In this document: positions 25,336 through 28,625 of the stretch, piece after piece | How the letters are laid out: every line of letters starts with the position of its first letter | Numbering within the stretch: the stretch's first letter is position 1 | Origin: a virus | Taxonomy: Duplodnaviria; Caudoviricetes | Strand: one strand, 5' to 3' | IMG/VR virus record: IMGVR_UViG_3300035397_000052 | Location: 1-28,625 of that record | Length of the DNA: 28,625 bases | Program-made: the position numbers and the translations under genes | The notes under the pieces: model-generated | Databases searched by the model: none | Told to the model about the DNA's origin: nothing | Seen by the model: only the letters and a program-made list of their open reading frames with translations

Positions 25336-25787
25336 CAAGACAAAAACCTAACAAAACAATTAATTCAAGTTATTTAGTCACTGATTCAGACATTGGATAC
25401 ACACTTAGATGTGAAAGTTTAACGGATATTGAAATAACTTTGCCATCACCCACTGGTAGATTAAACTTTGATTTACTTATTATAAACATGGAAGTAGGAG
25501 AAGTAACTTGCTTAGGTAAAATAATAACTAAAGACTCACATGCACATGTAATAGGAGACGGAACAGAATGGACAATCGCCACTGGTGGGGGCAGTGGATC
25601 AGAAGTAGAAATAGACCCTGTATTTATGGCTTCGCCTGCAGGGTCAATCACAGAAACAAACAAAACAAACTGGAATGCAGCTTATTCAAAAAGCCTTAGA
25701 TTCTTCGAACCGTTAGTAAATGGTGACATAGAAAATCCTGAAATCATGTTCGACATAACCGGAGAAATCATAATGGTGGAGGTGTAA
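25332..25787 (+). CDS. Tail fibre-associated protein
   Basis: ITLP...GDGTEW domain plus an EIDPVFMASPAGSITETNKTNWNAA module shared with the next gene. Confidence 0.6.
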   Translation: MTRQKPNKTINSSYLVTDSDIGYTLRCESLTDIEITLPSPTGRLNFDLLIINMEVGEVTCLGKIITKDSHAHVIGDGTEWTIATGGGSGSEVEIDPVFMASPAGSITETNKTNWNAAYSKSLRFFEPLVNGDIENPEIMFDITGEIIMVEV

Positions 25788-25788
25788 C

Positions 25789-27618
25789 ATGGCTCTTAAC
25801 GCAAAAGCAATCGGGTACGCAAAACAGACAGTAGCTCCTGAATTACCCACAGCAGGTAACGTAAGAACGTACATTAAAGATAATGGTAGAATGTACACAA
25901 TAGACAGTGCTGGGGTTGAAGTTGAGATAGGTGGAGCAGAGACAGATCCTGTATTCACAGCCTGGGATAAAGATTACAATGACTTATCCAATAAACCGAC
26001 ACTATTCACTGGAGCAAATGTTCCTGCAAATGAGACAGACCCAATCTTTACTGCCTGGGATAAAGATTACAATGATTTAACGAATAAGCCGACGCTATTC
26101 ACTGGCATAAACGTTCCAGCAAATGAGACAGACCCAATCTTTACTGCATGGGATAAAGATTACAATGACTTAACAAATAAGCCAGATTTGTTTGTTGGGA
26201 CTGATGTAACGGCAAATGAAACCGACCCAATGTTTACCGCCTCAGTTGCAGCCTCCATAACAGAGACAGACAAAACAAACTGGGACGCAGCTAAAACTCA
26301 TGCAGATTCAACTCATGCTCCAATAGATGCTCAAAAGAATTCAGACATTACTAAAGCAGAAATAGAAGCAAAATTAACAGGAGAAATAGACTCGCATACA
26401 CATGCGGGTGGAGGAGTAGTATCAGAAACTGATCCAGTATTCACAGCTTGGGATAAAGATTACACTGATTTAACAAACAAACCAACACTATTTATTGGCA
26501 CCGACGTCCCAGACAATGAAACCGACCCAGTATTCACAGCTTGGGATAAAGATTACACTGATTTAACAAACAAACCAACACTATTTATTGGCACCGACGT
26601 CCCAGACAATGAAACCGACCCCGTGTTCGGTGCGTCTGCTGCGGCTGGTATCACAACACAAGACATTGATAACTGGAATGCTGGTGGCGGCGTTTCGGAC
26701 CCACTTCCAAACGCACCTGCAACGTCTCAATCATACTACGTAGGCAAACCGCAGTGGGTACCGCTAACTGGTGTAGCATCAAGGGATTCAAACAGCTTAA
26801 TAATCACTGGTGTAGGTACTCAGTTCACAACTGAGTTGCTGTTGTACGGTGCAATGAGGGTTGCTGGTGATACCGAAGGTACCTATGGAATGTGGACGAT
26901 TGACACTGTTAATTCAAACACGTCCGTAACCGTTTATCAATCTGGTGACGCATTTACATCACAAGCACTTGAAGGATACAATTCAAACATGCTTGGCGAT
27001 GATAATAATGACGGGCTAACTGGTGAAACAGCGTTTGCCACTATACAAAAAGCCATCGATCAAATATCGTCGTTTTCAAACACGCTAACCAATATATATC
27101 TTGGATATCATGAAGATACTACCCCCGTTACAATCAGTGGAAAGCATTCAGGTGCCATTGATATTGAAGTAACCGATATGACAACTCCTTGTAATATACC
27201 ACACATGATATTCAAAGACTCAACAGCACAGATAACATACGGTAGCAAAGTTGAACCCTTATCGATGCGTGAAACATTCAAGATATCAGTATATAACGTT
27301 CGCAGTTTATCGATACGAAAAGTAGAAATCACGGAAACCATATACGCAACAAATTCATCCATATCAATAACAACGATTGGTATGATGGCGAACATTATAC
27401 GTAAAGGGTCTAATATAACAGAAGACTATGCGCTACGTGCGGACAACTCAAGTACGATTTCAGTGAAATCGTTATTTGTGGACAATGCGGGCGACTATGG
27501 CATAATAGCTACGTCTGGTTCAATGGTGTATGGACTGGGTTGCGAAAATGTATCGGGTTCAGTGGCTAACACCTATGCAGGTGATGATGACAGTGGAACA
27601 TTCATATCGCCATATTAA
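25789..27618 (+). CDS. Tail fibre / receptor-binding protein with ETDP repeats and a putative beta-helix C-terminus
   Basis: Seven ETDP modules, an HAP..AQKNSDITKAEIEAKLTG...HTH shaft motif, and GDDNNDGLT...AFATIQKAID, which typically opens a pectin-lyase-like beta-helix. Confidence 0.8.
   Translation: MALNAKAIGYAKQTVAPELPTAGNVRTYIKDNGRMYTIDSAGVEVEIGGAETDPVFTAWDKDYNDLSNKPTLFTGANVPANETDPIFTAWDKDYNDLTNKPTLFTGINVPANETDPIFTAWDKDYNDLTNKPDLFVGTDVTANETDPMFTASVAASITETDKTNWDAAKTHADSTHAPIDAQKNSDITKAEIEAKLTGEIDSHTHAGGGVVSETDPVFTAWDKDYTDLTNKPTLFIGTDVPDNETDPVFTAWDKDYTDLTNKPTLFIGTDVPDNETDPVFGASAAAGITTQDIDNWNAGGGVSDPLPNAPATSQSYYVGKPQWVPLTGVASRDSNSLIITGVGTQFTTELLLYGAMRVAGDTEGTYGMWTIDTVNSNTSVTVYQSGDAFTSQALEGYNSNMLGDDNNDGLTGETAFATIQKAIDQISSFSNTLTNIYLGYHEDTTPVTISGKHSGAIDIEVTDMTTPCNIPHMIFKDSTAQITYGSKVEPLSMRETFKISVYNVRSLSIRKVEITETIYATNSSISITTIGMMANIIRKGSNITEDYALRADNSSTISVKSLFVDNAGDYGIIATSGSMVYGLGCENVSGSVANTYAGDDDSGTFISPY
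25939..26680 (+). repeat. 93-nt (31-aa) ETDP coding repeats
   Basis: Units start at 25939, 26032, 26125, 26218, 26425, 26518 and 26611. Bases 26434-26621 form a perfect 2 x 93-nt tandem duplication. Confidence 0.92.
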
Positions 27619-27666
27619 AAATATAAATTAAAAATAACATTAATTAAATACAAAGGAGGTACAAAA

Positions 27667-28386
27667 GTGGAAAAATCGGTTTATCTTTCACCGTCAACAC
27701 AAGAAAATAATCATTACACAGATGGGGCAACAGAAGAGACAGAGATGAATAGTCTTTGTGACATTGTTGAGCCTTATCTAAAAAAGCACGGAGTCAAGAC
27801 ATACCGCAACAAACCAACAATGAACCTAAATCAAGTAGCAAATGATTCAAACGCTAAAAAGCCAGGTATTCATTTCGCATTACATTCAAATGCAAGGGGT
27901 TCATCTAAAGGGGTTGCTCGTGGTTGTTCTATCTACATTCATACTAAAACCTGTCCAGATTCATACAAACTTGCGGCATCTGTTTATAAGCAAGTTTCAG
28001 AAGTTACACCAACGGCAGACCGTGGGATAATGGAGAGTAAAGATCATTTCGGACCTGGTAAACCATTATATGAACTTGCTTACACAAATGCACCTGGTGC
28101 GCTACTAGAAGCCTTCTTCCATGACAATTCCGACGATGTCAAATGGTATAGGCTTAAAAAGACAGTGTTAGCACATGCGGTAGGAAATGGGATACTAAAT
28201 TTCTTTGATATTCCAATTCAACCACAAACGGCAGAAGACATTGCGACAGAAATGCTAAAAGCTGGTTTAATAACAGACAAACCTTACTGGGTTTCAGTAC
28301 TATCAGGAACTCAAATACCAAACTTCGAGTATTTAAAAATTACCTACTTAAGAGCATTACAAAAGATAAACAAAACAGCTATATAA
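27667..28386 (+). CDS. Endolysin, N-acetylmuramoyl-L-alanine amidase (Amidase_3-like) with C-terminal cell-wall-binding domain
   Basis: AAGGAGGT RBS plus GTG start. VYLSPS, TE, HFALHSNA, LYEL..T.APGALLE.FFHDN motifs. C-terminal GLITDKPYW. Confidence 0.9.
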   Translation: MEKSVYLSPSTQENNHYTDGATEETEMNSLCDIVEPYLKKHGVKTYRNKPTMNLNQVANDSNAKKPGIHFALHSNARGSSKGVARGCSIYIHTKTCPDSYKLAASVYKQVSEVTPTADRGIMESKDHFGPGKPLYELAYTNAPGALLEAFFHDNSDDVKWYRLKKTVLAHAVGNGILNFFDIPIQPQTAEDIATEMLKAGLITDKPYWVSVLSGTQIPNFEYLKITYLRALQKINKTAI

Positions 28387-28415
28387 ATACAAATGAAAGC
28401 GAGGAGCACTTCACT

Positions 28416-28625
28416 ATGGCAGATATCTTTTCAATTCTAAAATCAATCATTAACGACGGAGCAGGGCTTATACTTTTAGCAGTACTTATATATGGAGTCA
28501 TCATGGTGGCATTAAAAGCTCCTAAAGCTATAGACCAGTGGAAAAATGAACAAAGCAAACAGAGAGAAAGACAACTAGAGATAGAACAAAATTCATTAAA
28601 GCAGTATGCAATAGCGACGGAAGTA
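28416..28625 (+). CDS. Holin-like membrane protein (partial, runs off the window)
   Basis: GAGGAG RBS. MADIFSILKSIINDGAGLILLAVLIYGVIMVALKAPKAIDQWKNEQ... has one TM helix then a coiled coil, directly after the endolysin. Confidence 0.6.
   Translation, partial: MADIFSILKSIINDGAGLILLAVLIYGVIMVALKAPKAIDQWKNEQSKQRERQLEIEQNSLKQYAIATEV

Noticed and set aside
25939-26680. Regularly spaced repeats as a CRISPR array
   Set aside because: The units are in-frame 93-nt coding repeats without unique spacers, and there are no cas genes.
1887-27395. Numerous minus-strand ORFs in the six-frame track
   Set aside because: All are antisense shadows of well-supported + strand genes, with no recognisable motifs or convincing RBS.
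28200-28260. Internal translation start for the endolysin cell-wall-binding domain (CTP1L-like)
   Set aside because: No convincing RBS upstream of the internal ATG near 28252.
1-28625. tRNA genes, integrase/att sites, stop-codon reassignment
   Set aside because: No cloverleaf or recombinase was seen. TAA, TAG and TGA all end genes and the long ORFs are intact under code 11, so lifestyle (temperate or lytic) cannot be called.

Overview
This is a 28.6 kb AT-rich segment of a long-tailed (siphovirus-type) phage or prophage. The host is probably a Firmicute (Clostridia-like), judged from strong AGGAGG ribosome-binding sites, sigmaA promoters and an amidase endolysin. All convincing genes are on the + strand. 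Bases 1-4.9 kb are an accessory/regulatory region: a mini Zn-ribbon gene, an LL-H-like holin, a ~0.6 kb repeat-rich intergenic stretch, two HTH-like proteins, an HNH nuclease and small membrane proteins. Bases 5.0-27.6 kb are a full morphogenesis operon: TerS, PBSX-type TerL, portal, scaffold, major capsid, head-tail joining proteins, tail tube, tail chaperones, a 2363-aa tape measure, Dit, Tal/hub and tail-tip/fibre proteins. The window ends in a lysis module (amidase plus a partial holin-like gene). The most striking observation concerns the tail-assembly chaperones G and GT, normally made from one locus by programmed ribosomal frameshifting. Here they appear to be two separate paralogous genes (G, and a G-duplicate fused in-frame to T), separated by a terminator and two inserted small genes. 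Other points are a family of GC-rich hairpins with covarying stems, anti-Shine-Dalgarno tracts in 3' UTRs, a huge repeat-bearing N-terminal extension of the tape measure, modular ETDP-repeat tail fibres, and blockwise A/T segregation at synonymous sites. Family assignments come from motif recognition and gene order by eye; no searches were run.
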